Shown piece after piece: positions 1 to 12,394 of a stretch of 64,000 nt of DNA. Source of the DNA: Cyanophora paradoxa CCMP329. Lineage: Eukaryota > Plantae > Glaucophyta. The translations under genes and the position numbers were made by a program. The stretch lies in the NCBI GenBank assembly GCA_004431415.1, contig QPMI01000290.1:1-64000 (forward strand), given 5' to 3'. Every line of letters begins with the position of its first letter. Position 1 is the first letter of the stretch. The notes under the pieces were generated by a model. The model ran no database searches and was not told where the DNA came from. It saw only the letters and a list, made by a program, of their open reading frames with translations.

Positions 1-2476
1 CCCGTCGGGCGCCCCCGCCCCCGAGCAGCCCGAGGACCCGGCGCCCGCCTCCCGCCCCGCCTCCCAGCCGGCCCCGGCCCCGGACCCCACGCCCAGCACC
101 TCCAGGCCGGCGCCTCCCAGGCCGGCGCCTCGCAGGCGGGGGCCTCGCAGGCTGGGGCGGGCGGGGCGGGTGGCGGGCGGGCCGGCGGGGGCGGGTGGTG
201 GGAGGGGACGCCGGGGAGCGGCGGGTGGAGGAGACGCAGCGGAGCGCGGACGCCGACGAGGAGGAGCCCAGCGACCTCCTCCGCCGCTTCCAGGCGCCCC
301 GCCCCGCCCGCCTCGCCCCGCCCCCGCCCGCCCTCACCCGGCCCCCGCAGCGCCACCGCCGCGGCCCGCCCGCCGCGCACGCCGTTGCCGAGGCGGGCCC
401 CTCGCCGCCCGCCGAGGAGGACGGGCGGTCGCGGGCGAGGAGGCCGACGCCCAGAAAACGACGACGCAAACGGAGGCCGCGCCGGCAGCGGCGGATGCCG
501 CCGCCTCGCCGGCCGCGGAGGAGGCAACGGCTGATTTGGAGGCGGCGGCAGGGCCTCCGAGGAGGCGGAGCCGGCGGCGGCGCCGGCGCGGCGCGGCGGG
601 AGGGCCAAGGCCGCGCGCGGCGGGCGCGGCCGTGCGCGAGGGCGGGGCGGGCGGGGCGGGCGGGCGCGCTCGGAGGAGGAAGCGGAGGCGGGGGAGGAGG
701 CGCCCGGGGCGCCGTGGAGGCGGAGGAGGCGAGCGTGGGGCCGGCGGAGGCGGAGCCGGCCGCGGCAGCGTCGGAGGCGGGGGTGGAGCGGCCGGCGGGC
801 GCCGAGGGCGAGGCGGCGGGGAGGCCTTCGAAGCGGGGCCGGCGCGCGGCGGCGGCGAGGCGGCCGCGGGAGGAGGCGGCGGCGGAGGCGGGAGCTGCGG
901 CGGGGCCGCCGACGGAGGCGCCCGAGCGGAAGCAGCGCGGCGCGGCCGAGGCGGCGGGCGGCGAGGAGGCACCGGCCGCAGCGCCCCGGCGGGGCCGAGG
1001 GGGGCCGGCGCAGCGGAGGAGGCGGAGGAGGCGGGACCGGCAGCGGCAGCGAAGGGAAGGGGAAGCGGGGCCGGGGCTCGGAGGAGGCCCCGGCGCCCGC
1101 CGCAGAGGCGGCGGCGGAGGAAGCCGACGCGGCGCCGGCTCCCAAGCGCGGCAAGCGGGCGGCGGAGGCGCCGGCGGAGAAGGCGCGAGGCGGGGTTGCT
1201 TTGAAGCGCGGGAGGCGCTCGGGCGCTGGCTCGACGGCCGAGGCGGAGGAGGCGGCGGACGCAGCAGCGTTGGCGGCGGAGGCGGCGGACGCGGCAGCGG
1301 AGGCTCAAGCGAAGAAGGAACCGGCGAAGCGCGGGCGGCGTGCGGGTTCGAGCACCGCAGCCGCAGAGGCGGAGGCGGAGGCGGAGGGCGGGGCGGGCTC
1401 CTCGGCGGCCTCGGCGGCGGGGACCTCGTCGCAGGGGGGCGGCGAGGGGCCTCGCGCGGGGCCGCGGGCGGGCCTCGGCCGGCGGGGCGAGCGCCTCCAA
1501 GCGGCGCCCCGGCGGCGGCGACTCCCCGGAGGCGGAGGCGGGGGCCCCGGAGCGCAAGCGGGCGCGGGGGGAGGGGCCCGGGGAGATCCCGTGCGTGCTC
1601 TTCAGCAACGTGGCGACGGGGGCGCTGGGGCGGCTGGAGGGGAAGGTCAAGGCCCTCGGCTGGCGGCAGGCGGCGGAGCTCGACGAGTGGCACGAGGCGA
1701 CGCACCTCGTCATGGACGCCTGGAAGGCGCGGAAGGCGCCCCCGGCCGCCCCGCCCCCGCGCGCCCCGGCCTCGCCGACGCGGGGGCCGGGGCAGGTCAC
1801 GGGCAAGGCGGCCGTCGCCCTCGCCGCCGGCGCCGTCGCCGTCAAGGTCCGAGCCCGCGCCCGCGCCCGAGCCCGGGCGCGAGCCTCGCGCAAAGCCAAG
1901 CCGGCCTCACCGCGCACCAGGCCTCTTGGCTCGAAAAGTCCAAGCGCGGCCACCCGAGCGTCGGTGCGCGTGCGGCTGCCGGCGCCGAGCGCGCGGGGGG
2001 GCGCCTGACCGGCGGGGGCAGCGGAGGAGCACGAGATCGGGAGCGAGGAGGCGAGGAGGGCGCGGCGGGGGCTGCGCCCGCTGGAGGGCTGGCGCCTCTT
2101 CGTGACCCCCGCGCTCCTCGCCGACGACGAGAAGCGCGGCTTCTTCCGCGTCGCCCCCGCCCTCCTCGGCGCCCAGGCCCCCGCCCCGCCCCGCCCGCCC
2201 GCCCCCCGCCCGCCCTCACCCCCCGCCAGATGTTGGAGCGGGCGCCGGGGGCGGGCGGGGAGCGGGTGGCGGTCATCTCGTGCCCCGAGGACGGCAAGGT
2301 CTACGGCCCGCTCCTGCGCCGCGGCATCGCCGTCTACGGCAAGGAGGTGCGCCGCTGCGGGGCCTGCGGCAGAGCGGCGGGGCTGACGGGCGGGGCGGGG
2401 CGCCGCGCAGTTCCTCAAGCACGCCCTCCTCGAGCAGGAGGCCCCCCGGGAGCCCCAGCTGCTGCCCTTGCCCTAG
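1..2476 (+). CDS. 3' part of a tandem-BRCT domain protein (MDC1/PAXIP1-like architecture) with an acidic, low-complexity N-terminal region; spliced, 5' end outside the window
   Basis: Spliced reading gives CVLFSNV...KVKALGW...EATHLVMDAWK|VTGKAAVALAAGAVAVK|ASWLEKSKRG (BRCT1 pattern), then PLEGWRLFVTP...QMLERA...VISCPEDGKVYGPLLRRGIAVYGKE|FLKHALLEQE (BRCT2 pattern). Stop TAG at 2474-2476. Confidence 0.7.
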
Positions 2477-3224
2477 CCCGCCCCCTCCTACAACACCCCC
2501 CCCCCCCCCTCCACCCCCACCCCCACCCCCACCCCACCCCACCCCACCCCCACCCACCCCCCTTCCCCTCCCCTCCCCCACCCCCTTCCCCGCCTAAGTC
2601 CCCTCTCCTTACGCCGTCGCTTGCTCGCGGCGCCCCCCTCACGCGCACCTTGTGGCTCGGACGAACAAATCGCGGTGGAAGGCAGTGGTTCCGGGCTGGC
2701 TGGCCCCACGGCCGCGGGGCCTTCTGGCAAGGCCGGCTGCAGACTCGCTGAGGTGGAGACCGGTACCATCGGACGTTTCGTCTTGGGGCATGCCATGATG
2801 GCTATGAAGCCTTCAAGCCGCGTCTTTGAAAACGGGACTACTAGTGGAGTCGCTAGGCATCATGGCATCAAGTGGAGTCGTTGAGCCTCGGAGCCCGCAG
2901 CCCGAGGTATCTTTCCTAAGTTCCGAGTTCAAACCTTGAAGGTTTGAGCTGGAGCTTCCGAAGTTTCGAGCCTCCGGAGAGTCACTGATCATGAGTGTCG
3001 AGGTTTAAGTCTTAAGCCTTGAAGTAAACTTTGAGGCTTCCGCCTGAGTTCGAGCACCGTGGCACCCAACTTGGCAAACTTGAAACTCAGTGTGACTCAG
3101 GGCCTCGGGGCCTCAGGCCTACTCCGAGGCTCTCTGAGTATTTTGGCAAGCCGAGCTTACATTTCACCAAGCTTAAGTTAACTTAGTAAGTACTACTACT
3201 ACTACTACTACCGTACGGTAACGG

Positions 3225-3287
3225 GGCTCTGCCAGGCTGGTCCGAGTCTGGTCCAGACTTCATAATCTTGATCAGCCTGGCAGAGCC
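3225..3287. repeat. 15-bp perfect inverted repeat (hairpin) between convergent genes
   Basis: ggctctgccaggctg (3225-3239) and cagcctggcagagcc (3273-3287); the spacer holds a second small inverted repeat, agtctg/cagact. Confidence 0.8.
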
Positions 3288-3709
3288 TTCCGAGGTTCAA
3301 GGCTTGCAGGCCCCCGGCCATCGTTGGCCGGGCCTAGGTCTGGTGGCCTGATCGTCGGACGAGTTGTCGAGCCTGGCGACCCCCGCCGGGTCCGGGGCCT
3401 GGCGCCGCGCCGGGCCCTCTACGCGTACGTAGTTCGCACTTCGGCATGTCCGGGCGACCTCCCTTAGCCTTGCGAAGGCCCTGATGCGTGAGGAGGGTGA
3501 GCCTTCTCGGAGTTCCGGGGCTCGGAGCCCATGGCCATGCCAGAATTCGCGGTTCGCGGCTAACTTACTCAGTGAGCCGCTCATGCATATGCCGCACACG
3601 AACGTAACTCGATAATCTTCGGTAGAGATGCACTAACAGATCTAGAAGGGATGTAGCTAAGGGGAGGCCGCGGGGCGGCGGGGCGTGGAGGGGCGGCCGC
3701 GGGGGCGGC

Positions 3710-6700
3710 TCAGAGGATGGCGAGGTCCTCGTCGGCCCCGGCGCCGCCGACGATGGCCTCCAGGTCCGCCGCCTCCGCCGCCTCCGCGAAGGCCTCCCAG
3801 CGCGCCCCCTCCTCCGCCGGCAGGAACGCCTCCTCCCCGCCCGCCCCCGCCTGCCAGCCCCGCCCCGTCGGCGCTGGCGCGGCGCGCGAGCGGGGCGGGC
3901 GGGGCGGGGCGGGGCGGGGCGGACGGCGCGGGCGTGGGCGGCGAGATCGACGGCCTGCGCCTCCTCGTCGAGCTGCACCTCCGTAGACGGCACCGGCGGC
4001 AGCGCCGGCTCCGTCACCGGCGTCACAACCGTCGCCGGAGCGGCGAGGTTGAGGCCCGGCAGCAGCGCGTTCAGCTGCGTCACTTGCTCGCTCCTGCGCC
4101 CCCGCCGGTTGGGGCGCGGCCCGTGCGGCGGCGCGGGGCGGGGGTCGGGGCGGGGCGGACGAGAGGTTCGTGGCGGCGGCGGCGAGGATCTTGAGGGCGG
4201 AGAGGACGCTCGCGTACTCGTCGTCCTGCTCCGCGTCCGCCGCCTTCAGCGCCGCGATCTCGGCGCTCAGCGACGCGTCCTTCGCCTCTGCCGCGCCCCG
4301 CGTCAGCGCGCGCGGCGGCTGGCGCGGGGGCCGGGCCGGGGCGGGGACCGAGGGTGGCGTCGTTCTCGGCGAGGGTCTCGACCTTGTCGACGAAGACGAG
4401 CGAGTCCTTCAGCTCCTCGTCGAACCCTGCCGCCCTCCTCGCCCCCGCCGCCCCTCGCCCCCGCGCCGGCGGGGCGGGGCGCAGCCGCACCGGACTTGAG
4501 GACGAAGCGCTCCTGCAGGTCGGCCGTCGTCGTGTAGTTGTTCAGCACGTTCGCCTTCTCGTCTGCGCCCCCGCCCCCGCCCCCTCAGCCGCCGCCGGGG
4601 CGGGGCGGGGCGGGGCGGGGCGGGGCGGGGCGGGCCGGCGAGGTCCTTCTGGAGGAGGGCGACGACCTCGGCGCCGGAGATGAGCTCCTGGAGGTCCGCC
4701 TGCGCCACGTACTTCGCCGCCGCCTCCGCGTCCGTCGCGTACTCCCCCAGGCCCGCCTTGATCGCTGCCGTGGCCCCCGCCGGCTCGCCCGGGGAGGAGG
4801 GCGGCGGGGCGTGGCGGGCGGGGGCACCGGCGTCGGTGTCGCGGAGCGCGGCGACGACGTCGGACGAGTCGAGGCGCTGGTCGAGGTCTGCGCCCCGCCC
4901 CGCTCGCCCCGCGCCGGCAGCGAGGGGCGGGGCGGGGCGGACTGTGGACGCTGACGTAGGTCTCGGCGGCGTCGAGGGCCTTGAGGTAGGCCTGGAGGTC
5001 GGTGGCGAGCTTCACGTCGGCCTCCTGCAGCGCCTTCACCTCCGCCGTCTCGTCGAGGTCCGCCGTCTGCAGGTACGCCAGCTCCAGCGCCGCCGTCGTC
5101 GTGTAGTTCGACGCCAGGTCTGCCCCGCCCCTTAGGCGCGGCGGGGCGGGGCGGGCGGGGCGGCGGGGCGGACTGTTCTTGACGGAGTCGATGGAGGCGA
5201 TGAGGTCCGTCTCGGCGGCGTCGAGCGCGTCGCTCAGCTGCGCCACCTCCGTCGTCTTCGCCCGCGTCGCCAGGTCCGCCCCCAGCGCTGCCCGCCCCGC
5301 CCCCTCGCCCCGGCCCCGACCGCCCCGCCGCGGCGCCGAGCGGCGGGGCGCGCGTGCGGACCGTCGGTGGTGACCTTGACGGCGGCGGCGGCGTCGGCGA
5401 GCTTCGTGTTCACGCTCGCCGTCGACTCCTTCGTGTCGATCGCCGCCTGCAGCTCTGCAGCCGCGCAGTGAGCGACCCGCGCACTGCGCGGCGGGGCGGG
5501 GCGGGGCGGGGCGGGGCGCACCCTTGTCGGCGGCGGCGAGCGCCGCCTTGGTGTCATCGACGAGCGCCTTCGTCGCGGCGTCGTCCGCCTTCGTGTCGAT
5601 CTCCGCCTTCAGCTCTGCAGCGCCGCGCACGCGTGGGCGGCGCGGCTACGACGCAGGCCGGCGGGCCGCACCGGCGGCCTTGGCGGCAACGGCGTCGGCG
5701 GCCTTGGAGAGCTTCGAGTCGACCGAAGTGGTGTCCTCCTTCTTGTCGATGTTGGCCTGCAGCTCTGCAGCGGCGGTTGTGAGCCCCAGCGGGGCCGCGG
5801 AGCGGAGCGGCGCCGGCAGCGGGCCGGGGTAGAGCGAAGCGGACCGGTCTTGGCGTCGGCGAGGTCCTGGGCGGCGTCGGCAAACCCGTCCGTCGTCGCC
5901 TTCGCGTCCGCCTTCGTGTCGATGTTCTCCTGCAGCGCTGCGCCCCGCCCCGCGTCGGCGGCCCAGCGGCGCTGGCATGGCGGCGGCGGCGGCGGCGGCG
6001 GCGGACCGGTCTTGGCGGCGGCGAGGGCCTCGGCGGCCTTGGTGAAGTTGGCGTCCGTCTCCTGCGCGTCCGCCTTCGTATCGATCCGCTCGCCCAGGTC
6101 TGCCCCGGCCCGCGCGCCCGTCGACGTCAGGCCGCAAGCGCCTAAGTGCGGCCGGCCGCGTTCGGCGCGGGGCGGGCGGACCGGTCTTGGCGTCGGCGAG
6201 GGCGTCCGAGGCGGCCGTGAAGCGGGCGTCGACGTCGGTCTTGACCGCCTTCGTGTCAATCGCGTCCTGCAGCTCTGCGCAGACGCTCGCACCGCCGCAC
6301 GGTCTATCTCATGCAGTCCAACGGAACGCACCGGCGGCCTTGGCGGCGACAGCGTTAGCCGCATCGGCGAGCTTCGAGTCGACGCTCGTCGTGTCCTCCT
6401 TCTTGTCGATGTTCGCCTGCAGCTCTGCGATGGAAGGGGTGCGTGAGCGGCGCGACTCGAGCTCCAATGAGAGCCGCTGGAGCGCACCGGCGGCCTTGGC
6501 GGCAACGGTGGCGGCGGCGTCGGCGAGCTTCGAGTCCACGGAAGTCGTCGACTCCTTCTCGTCGATGTTCGCCTGCAGCTCTGCAGCACAGGCGCCGGCG
6601 TGAGCGCGGCGCTGGCAGGGGCAGGGGCGCGCGGGGGCGGGGCGGACCGGCGGCCTTGGCGGCGAGGGCGTCGGAGGCGTCCCCGAAGCGCGCGTCGACG

Positions 6701-7822
6701 CTCTCCTTGTCCGCCTTCGTGTCGATGCTCGCCTGCAGCTCTGCCCCGGCGCGTCGGCGGCGCCGCGCGATCCGACGCGATCGCGGGGGCGGACCGGCGG
6801 CCTTGGCGGCGGCGGCGGCGGCGGCGTCGGCGAGCTTGTCGTCGACGCTCGTCGTGTCCTCCTTCAAGTCGATGCTCGCCTGCAGCTCTGCCGCCCCCCC
6901 CGTGAGCGCCCCGACCCGACCGCCGCCTCGCGCGAGGGGCCCACCGCCGGCCTTCTCGGCGAGGGCGGAGGTGGCGGCGTCGAACTTGGCGGCGGTGTCG
7001 GCGGCGTCGGCCTTGGTCGCGATCGCCGCCTCGAGCTCGGCCTTGGCGGAGGCGAGGTCCTGCGCCGCGTCCGCGAAGTCCTCCGCCACCGCCTCCGCGC
7101 TCGCCTTCGTCTCGATCTTCCCCTCGAGCTCTGCCCCCGCCCCGCCCCTCCCCGTCACGCCCCAAGCGCCGAGGCGCGCCGGCGCGCCCGGCGCGGCGCG
7201 CGGGCTGACCGGTCTTGGCGTCGGCGAGGGCGTGCGAGGCGGCGGTGAAGCGGGCGTCGACGTCGGCCTTGTCCGCCTTCGTGTCGACGGCGTCCTGGAG
7301 GGCCGCGTCCGCCGCCTCCGCCGCCTCCTTGTTCCCCGCCACCAGCGCCTTGATCGCGGCGTCGTCCGCCTTCGTGTCGATCTCCGCCTTCAGCTCTGCA
7401 GCGCCGCGCACGCGTGGGCGGCGCGGCTACGACGCAGGCCGGCGGGCCGCACCGGCGGCCTTGGCGGCAACGGCGTCGGCGGCCTTGGAGAGCTTCGAGT
7501 CGACCGAAGTGGTGTCCTCCTTCTTGTCGATGTTGGCCTGCAGCTCTGCAGCGGCGGTTGTGAGCCCCAGCGGGGCCGCGGAGCGGAGCGGCGCCGGCAG
7601 CGGGCCGGGGTAGAGCGAAGCGGACCGGTCTTGGCGTCGGCGAGGTCCTGGGCGGCCTTGGCGGCCTTGGCGGCGGCGTCGGCGGCGGACTCCTTCGTGT
7701 CGAGCGCCTTCTGCAGCGCCGCCTCCGACTTGGCGACGTCCGCCGCGCTCGCCTTCGTCCCGATCGCCTCCTCGAGCGCTGCCGCCGCACCGGGGTGAGC
7801 AGGGGGCGCTGGAGGGGGCGGG

Positions 7823-7859
<37 letters not shown>

Positions 7860-9480
7860 TGGGGGCACCGGTCTGGGCGGCGGTGAGGGCGGCGGCGATG
7901 GAGCGGGAGGCCTCGTCGAGGGCCGTCTGGTCCGCCTTCTTCCCGATCGCCGTCTCCAGCTCTGCACACCCCGCCCGCCCCTTGAGGCCCCGCGCGGCCG
8001 GCCCCGGGGCGCGGCGCGGGGCGCACCGGCCTTGGCGTTGGAGAGGGAGGCGTTGGCGGTCTCGAGCTGCTTGGCGACGTCGGCGGCGTTGGCCTTGGCG
8101 TCGGTGAGGGCCGTCGCGGCCTTCTCGAGGAGGCCGACTTGGACGGCGATCGAGTCGTACTTGTCGACGGCGGCGTCGACCTTGGTCGTCAGGCCCTGCA
8201 CCGTCGCCAGCGTGCTGTTCAGCTCCTTCACCGTCCCCAGCAGCGACGCCTTCGACTTGTCTGCCCGCCCCGTCGAGGCCCCGCCGCGCGAAACGCGGGG
8301 CGGGGGCCGGCGCACTGACGGCCTCGTTGACGGCGGCGGCGGCCTTGGCGTCGGCGTAGGAGCGGGCCTGCGTCAGCGTGCTCGACGCCGACGCCGGGAT
8401 GTCCGTCCCCCGAATCTTCGTCGCTGCGCCCCGCCCTCGGGCGCCGCGCCCCCGAGCCGCGCCGGCGCGCGCGCGGCGCGTGCGCACCGACTTCGTTGGT
8501 GTACGTGCGGGCGGCCGAGGTCGCGTCCGCCTGCGCCGCCGTGACCGCCGCGGCGAGCCCTGCGCGCCCCCCGCCTCGGCGGCTGCGGGGGCGGGGCGGG
8601 CGGGGCGGGGCGGGGGCGGACTGGTGTCGGCGTCGGCGAGGGTCTTGACGCCGGCGTCGAAGGCGCTCTTGGGGACAAGCGTGGCGACCGTGTTCTCCAG
8701 CGACGAGATCTTCCCCGAGTTCCCTGCCCCGCCCCGCCCCCTCGCCCCGGTCCGCCGGCGCCGGCCGGCCGGGGGCCGGCGCACCGTCGGTGGTCTGGCG
8801 GACGGCGGAGAGGTCGGTCTGGAGGGTGGAGACGTCGGTCCGGAGGGGGCTCAGCCCGATCTCCATCTGCTCCATGATCTGCCCCCGCCGGCCGCCCCCG
8901 GCACGATCAGAGCCGCCGGCGTCGGGCGCGCCGGCGGGGCGGGCGGGCGCACGGCCTTGGTGAACTGCTCCCCCGTGAACTGGTTGATCCTGCCGCCGCC
9001 CCTCAGGCCCGCCCAGCGCAGCCCCGCGCGGCCCCGGGCGGCACGCACTGTTCCTGGAGGAAGTCGAGCCTGCAGGCGCGCGCCGGGGGCCGTCAGGGGG
9101 GGCCCCGCCCGCCGGACCGGGCGCGGGCACGCACTGCGGCTCATACTGCGAGTTGATGTCATCCTTGACCGTGTCCAGGTACTCCTGCAGGAACTCCAGC
9201 GCCCCGGCATCTGCCGCCCCGCCCCCTCAGCCGCGCCGCCGCCCCGCGGGGTGCCACCGCCGGCCGGCAAGCGCACTGCTGTCCGCCGCCGACGCGTCCA
9301 CCGTGAGGTCCTCGTCTGCGCCGGCACGAAAATCAGGGCCTCGACGTACGCTTGACCGCAGAGCACGGGCCGGGGGGAGGAATCTGATCAAGCGAGCCGG
9401 GGCCGCGGGGCGCCGCCCTCTCGTTCCCACGGAGATAAAAATGACTAAAGAGCTTAGAGCCGGCTCGCGGCAGGAGTGCC
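3710..9480 (-). CDS. Large multi-exon Ala/Asp/Lys-rich coiled-coil fibre protein with KAD/TKA repeats (fibre gene A); start codon unresolved
   Basis: Dozens of short exons, many of them 93-nt phase-1 modules such as ELQANIDKKEDTTSVDSKLSKAADAVAAKAA (5672-5764). Contains ARTYTN and ARSYADAK motifs and a hydrophobic stretch LSSLVIFISVG near the 5' end. Ends AFLPAEEG...EAADLEAIVGGAGADEDLAIL* (stop 3710-3712). Confidence 0.75.
5574..7656. repeat. Intragenic duplication of about 300 bp of exon-intron modules (about 5574-5876 and 7355-7656)
   Basis: Both copies carry the same exon and the same two introns (gcagcgccgcgcacgcgtgggcgg... and gcggcggttgtgagccccagc...). Confidence 0.9.
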
Positions 9481-9878
9481 ACGCCGCCGGTGGTGGCTCC
9501 GTTAATGCATGTGCGACGAAGGAGGTGGGCGGGGGTTCGAGGCCCAAGGAGCGCGGAAGCGAAGTTCGCTACTCGGCACGAACGCACCCTGCGGATACAG
9601 AGGACGCCGCGGCCCGCGAGGCGGCGAAAGGTTAGAGACGACGGACGGATATCGATTCGGGCGGTTTGGCCGTAGCGATCGGCCTGGACGCCTAGTGGAC
9701 GGTACGCACATAGGATTTAGTCACCATCGTGCTTGTCGAGGACGTCGAACGTGGCTTCGCCGGTCGGTCGGGTCGGGCTCCGAAGATAAAGGAACGCGTC
9801 CCCCCCCTCTCTGTTAGGGCCACAGTTCGGCCACTCCTCGGATCGTCTCGCCACTCGTCCGAAAGCGTGTAGGTGGCG

Positions 9879-12394
9879 ATGAAATCGACCGTGCTGAGTC
9901 TCGTGACGCTGTTCGTACTGGCCTGCGTGTCGACGTCCGTTCATGGGCAGGTCAACATCGGAGGAATCGGTACATCTTCGCAGTTCGGCCGATGGCGTAC
10001 GTTTGATTTGGAGTTTTTGTACGTGCGATCGCAGATGCCGCGGTCGCTCTTGTCTCGCCGGACGGGTCGCCCCCGGCCGAGGGCCTCGCCGTCTTCTCGC
10101 TGATGGTGCGGGCCGGACTGCCGGGCCACCCGCCGGCCGCGGGGTGACGGGGAGAAGCGGCGCACCGCTGAACGGGGCGCAGCGGTCGCTGGACGACGTG
10201 GCGTTCTCGATGAGGGGGCGGGTCTACCTGCAGGTGCTCGCCTGGCACTCGCTGTACGGCGTGGCGTCGGCGGAGTTCGTGGACGCGGAGGGCGCCAAGT
10301 ACGCCCCGGCCAGCGACGACGAGTGTCCCCTCGGCACCCTCAACGCCCGCAACTTCTACGCCGCCTGGTCCGTACCCGCCGGCCGCCCGCCGGCGCCGGC
10401 CGCGCGCCCCGCGCGGGGGCGGGGACCGAGTGGCGGGGCGCAGCTTCGCGGTGAACGCGTCGGCGTCGTTCATCGACGCAAGGAGCGGCGTCCGCAGCCG
10501 CCGCGGCGGCCTCACGCTCACCGCCGCCTCCCGCGGGCCCGCCCTCAAGCGCCCCTCCGTCTCCGCCACCTTCGAATCGGCCATCAACCTTAGTGCGCCC
10601 CGCTCCGCACCCCGCGCCCTCCCCCCGCCCCCTGCCCGCCGCCGCCGACGCGGGGCGGGGCAGCCGGCACGCCCGTGGCCTTCGCGAACCTCTTCGGCGA
10701 CAACGCGACCGCGTGCGGAGGGCCAGCCATCGGTCCGCCGCCCCGCCCGCCCCCGCTGCCGCCCCGCGCGCCGCTGGTCATGACGCCGGGGCGGGGCAGC
10801 GCTGGCGTACTTCCCCGGGGCGGGGAGCAACGTGACGGGGGCGCTGGCGGGGGCAAGCAGGCGTTCCGGGTGCTGCTCGGGGGCGGGGCGCTGCTCTCGC
10901 GCTACATCGCCGCCGCCACGCTCAACGGCGGCGAGGCCGGCGAGGCCCAGCTCGCCGCCTCCGCCTTCTCCGCCACCGTGCCCGGCCCCGCCCCCCGCCC
11001 CGCCCCGCCCCCGCCCCCGACGCCCGGGCCGACGCGGGGCGGCAGCCGCTCAAGCCGGGGCGGTGCTCGGGGGGCGGGGAGCAGGCGTACTGGGTGCCCG
11101 GCTTCACGAACCCCTGCGCCCCGGCGGCCTCGGCCGACGCCGTCAAGCCCCTGCCCCTCGTGCGCCGGCCCCGCCCCGCCTCTCGGGGTTGTGGAGGGGC
11201 GACGGGGGCGGGGCGGCGCAGCTCGCGGGGGTGCCGTCGGTGGAGGTGCAGAACGGGTACGGCAAGGGCGCCGCCTACTGGGGCCCCGACGGCTCCCGGC
11301 CCCTCCTCGCCCTCCACACCACCGAGGCGCCCCCGCCCCCGCCCCCCGCCCCGCCCGCCCCGCCGCCCCTCACGCCCCGGCGGGGCAGTTCGGGGCGCCG
11401 GGCTTCAAGAACGGGGCCCTGTACGGGCGCTTCTCGCCGGTGTACCCGCCCAAGTCCCCGCTGCAGACCTGCGCGACGGCGGCCGGCAAGAAGACCTGCT
11501 CCTTCCTCTTCCCCGACGCCAACAGCGTCCCCACGCCCCGCACCGTGCGCCGCGCCGCGCCGCGCCGGGCGGGGCCGGGGCGCGGGGCGGGGCTCAGGCG
11601 GGGGGCGGGGCAGTCGTGCCGGGCGGAGACGAACCCCGCGTCGCTCCTCTTCTCCCTCTACACCCTCAACTGCGCCGCCCTCTCCCCCGCCCAGGCCCGC
11701 CCGCACCCGCCCCGCCCCCCGCCCCCTCCAGCCGCCCCTCACGCGCGCGCAGCTGGCGGCCGGCGCGGCGGTCGTGGCGGCGGCGGCGGGCGCTGCCCCG
11801 GCGAGGTCGCGCTTGCGTGCGCGAACACCGCTTCGGCGGGCCCCGCCACCGTTGCTGCCCCGGCGCCGGGGCGGGGCGGAGGAGGCGGTGGCGGCGGCCA
11901 AGTCGGCGGAGCTGCCGGCGGCGAAGGCCAAGACCGGCTCGGGCCCCGGCGCCCGCTTCTACGCCACCTTCGCCCCGGGAGCCGGCGCCCTCGGCCAGGC
12001 CGTGCGGCCCCGCCCGCCCACCCCGCCGCCCCCCGCCGCGGGGCGTGACGCGGGGCGGGGCAGGCGGCGCGGTCGTTCCTGGCGGCGGCGGCGGGGGAGG
12101 CGGGGGCGGTGGCGGGAGCGCTGGCGGGGCGATGAACGTGACGGGGACGCGGGGCGGCTGACGGTGGCCGGCCTCGCCGGCGGCCTCACCCAGGACGCCC
12201 TCGTCGACCCCGCCCGCCAGGGTGCCCCCGCCCCGCCCCGCCCCCGGCCCCGCCCCGCCCCGCTCAGCGCCCGGCCCCCGGCGGCAGGCAACGCGGACTA
12301 CTACATCGGGCGGGAGAGCGGGGCCGCGCTGGCCGCCCCCTCCTGGGCCCTCGCCCTCGCCCTCGCATCCCTCCTCGCTCTCCTCTCCCGCTAG
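9879..12394 (+). CDS. Secreted, probably GPI-anchored cell-surface protein of unknown family (multi-exon)
   Basis: N-terminal signal peptide MKSTVLSLVTLFVLACVSTSVHG/Q; scattered Cys and N-x-S/T sequons (NAS, NAT, NVT); C-terminus ESGAALAAPSWALALALASLLALLSR* resembles an omega site plus hydrophobic tail. Confidence 0.7.

Noticed and set aside
7823-7858. Long G/C homopolymers (also at about 34087, 52457, 53733 and 59388) as functional G-quadruplex elements
   Set aside because: They are intronic or intergenic runs whose lengths are unreliable in assemblies, and there is no independent support.
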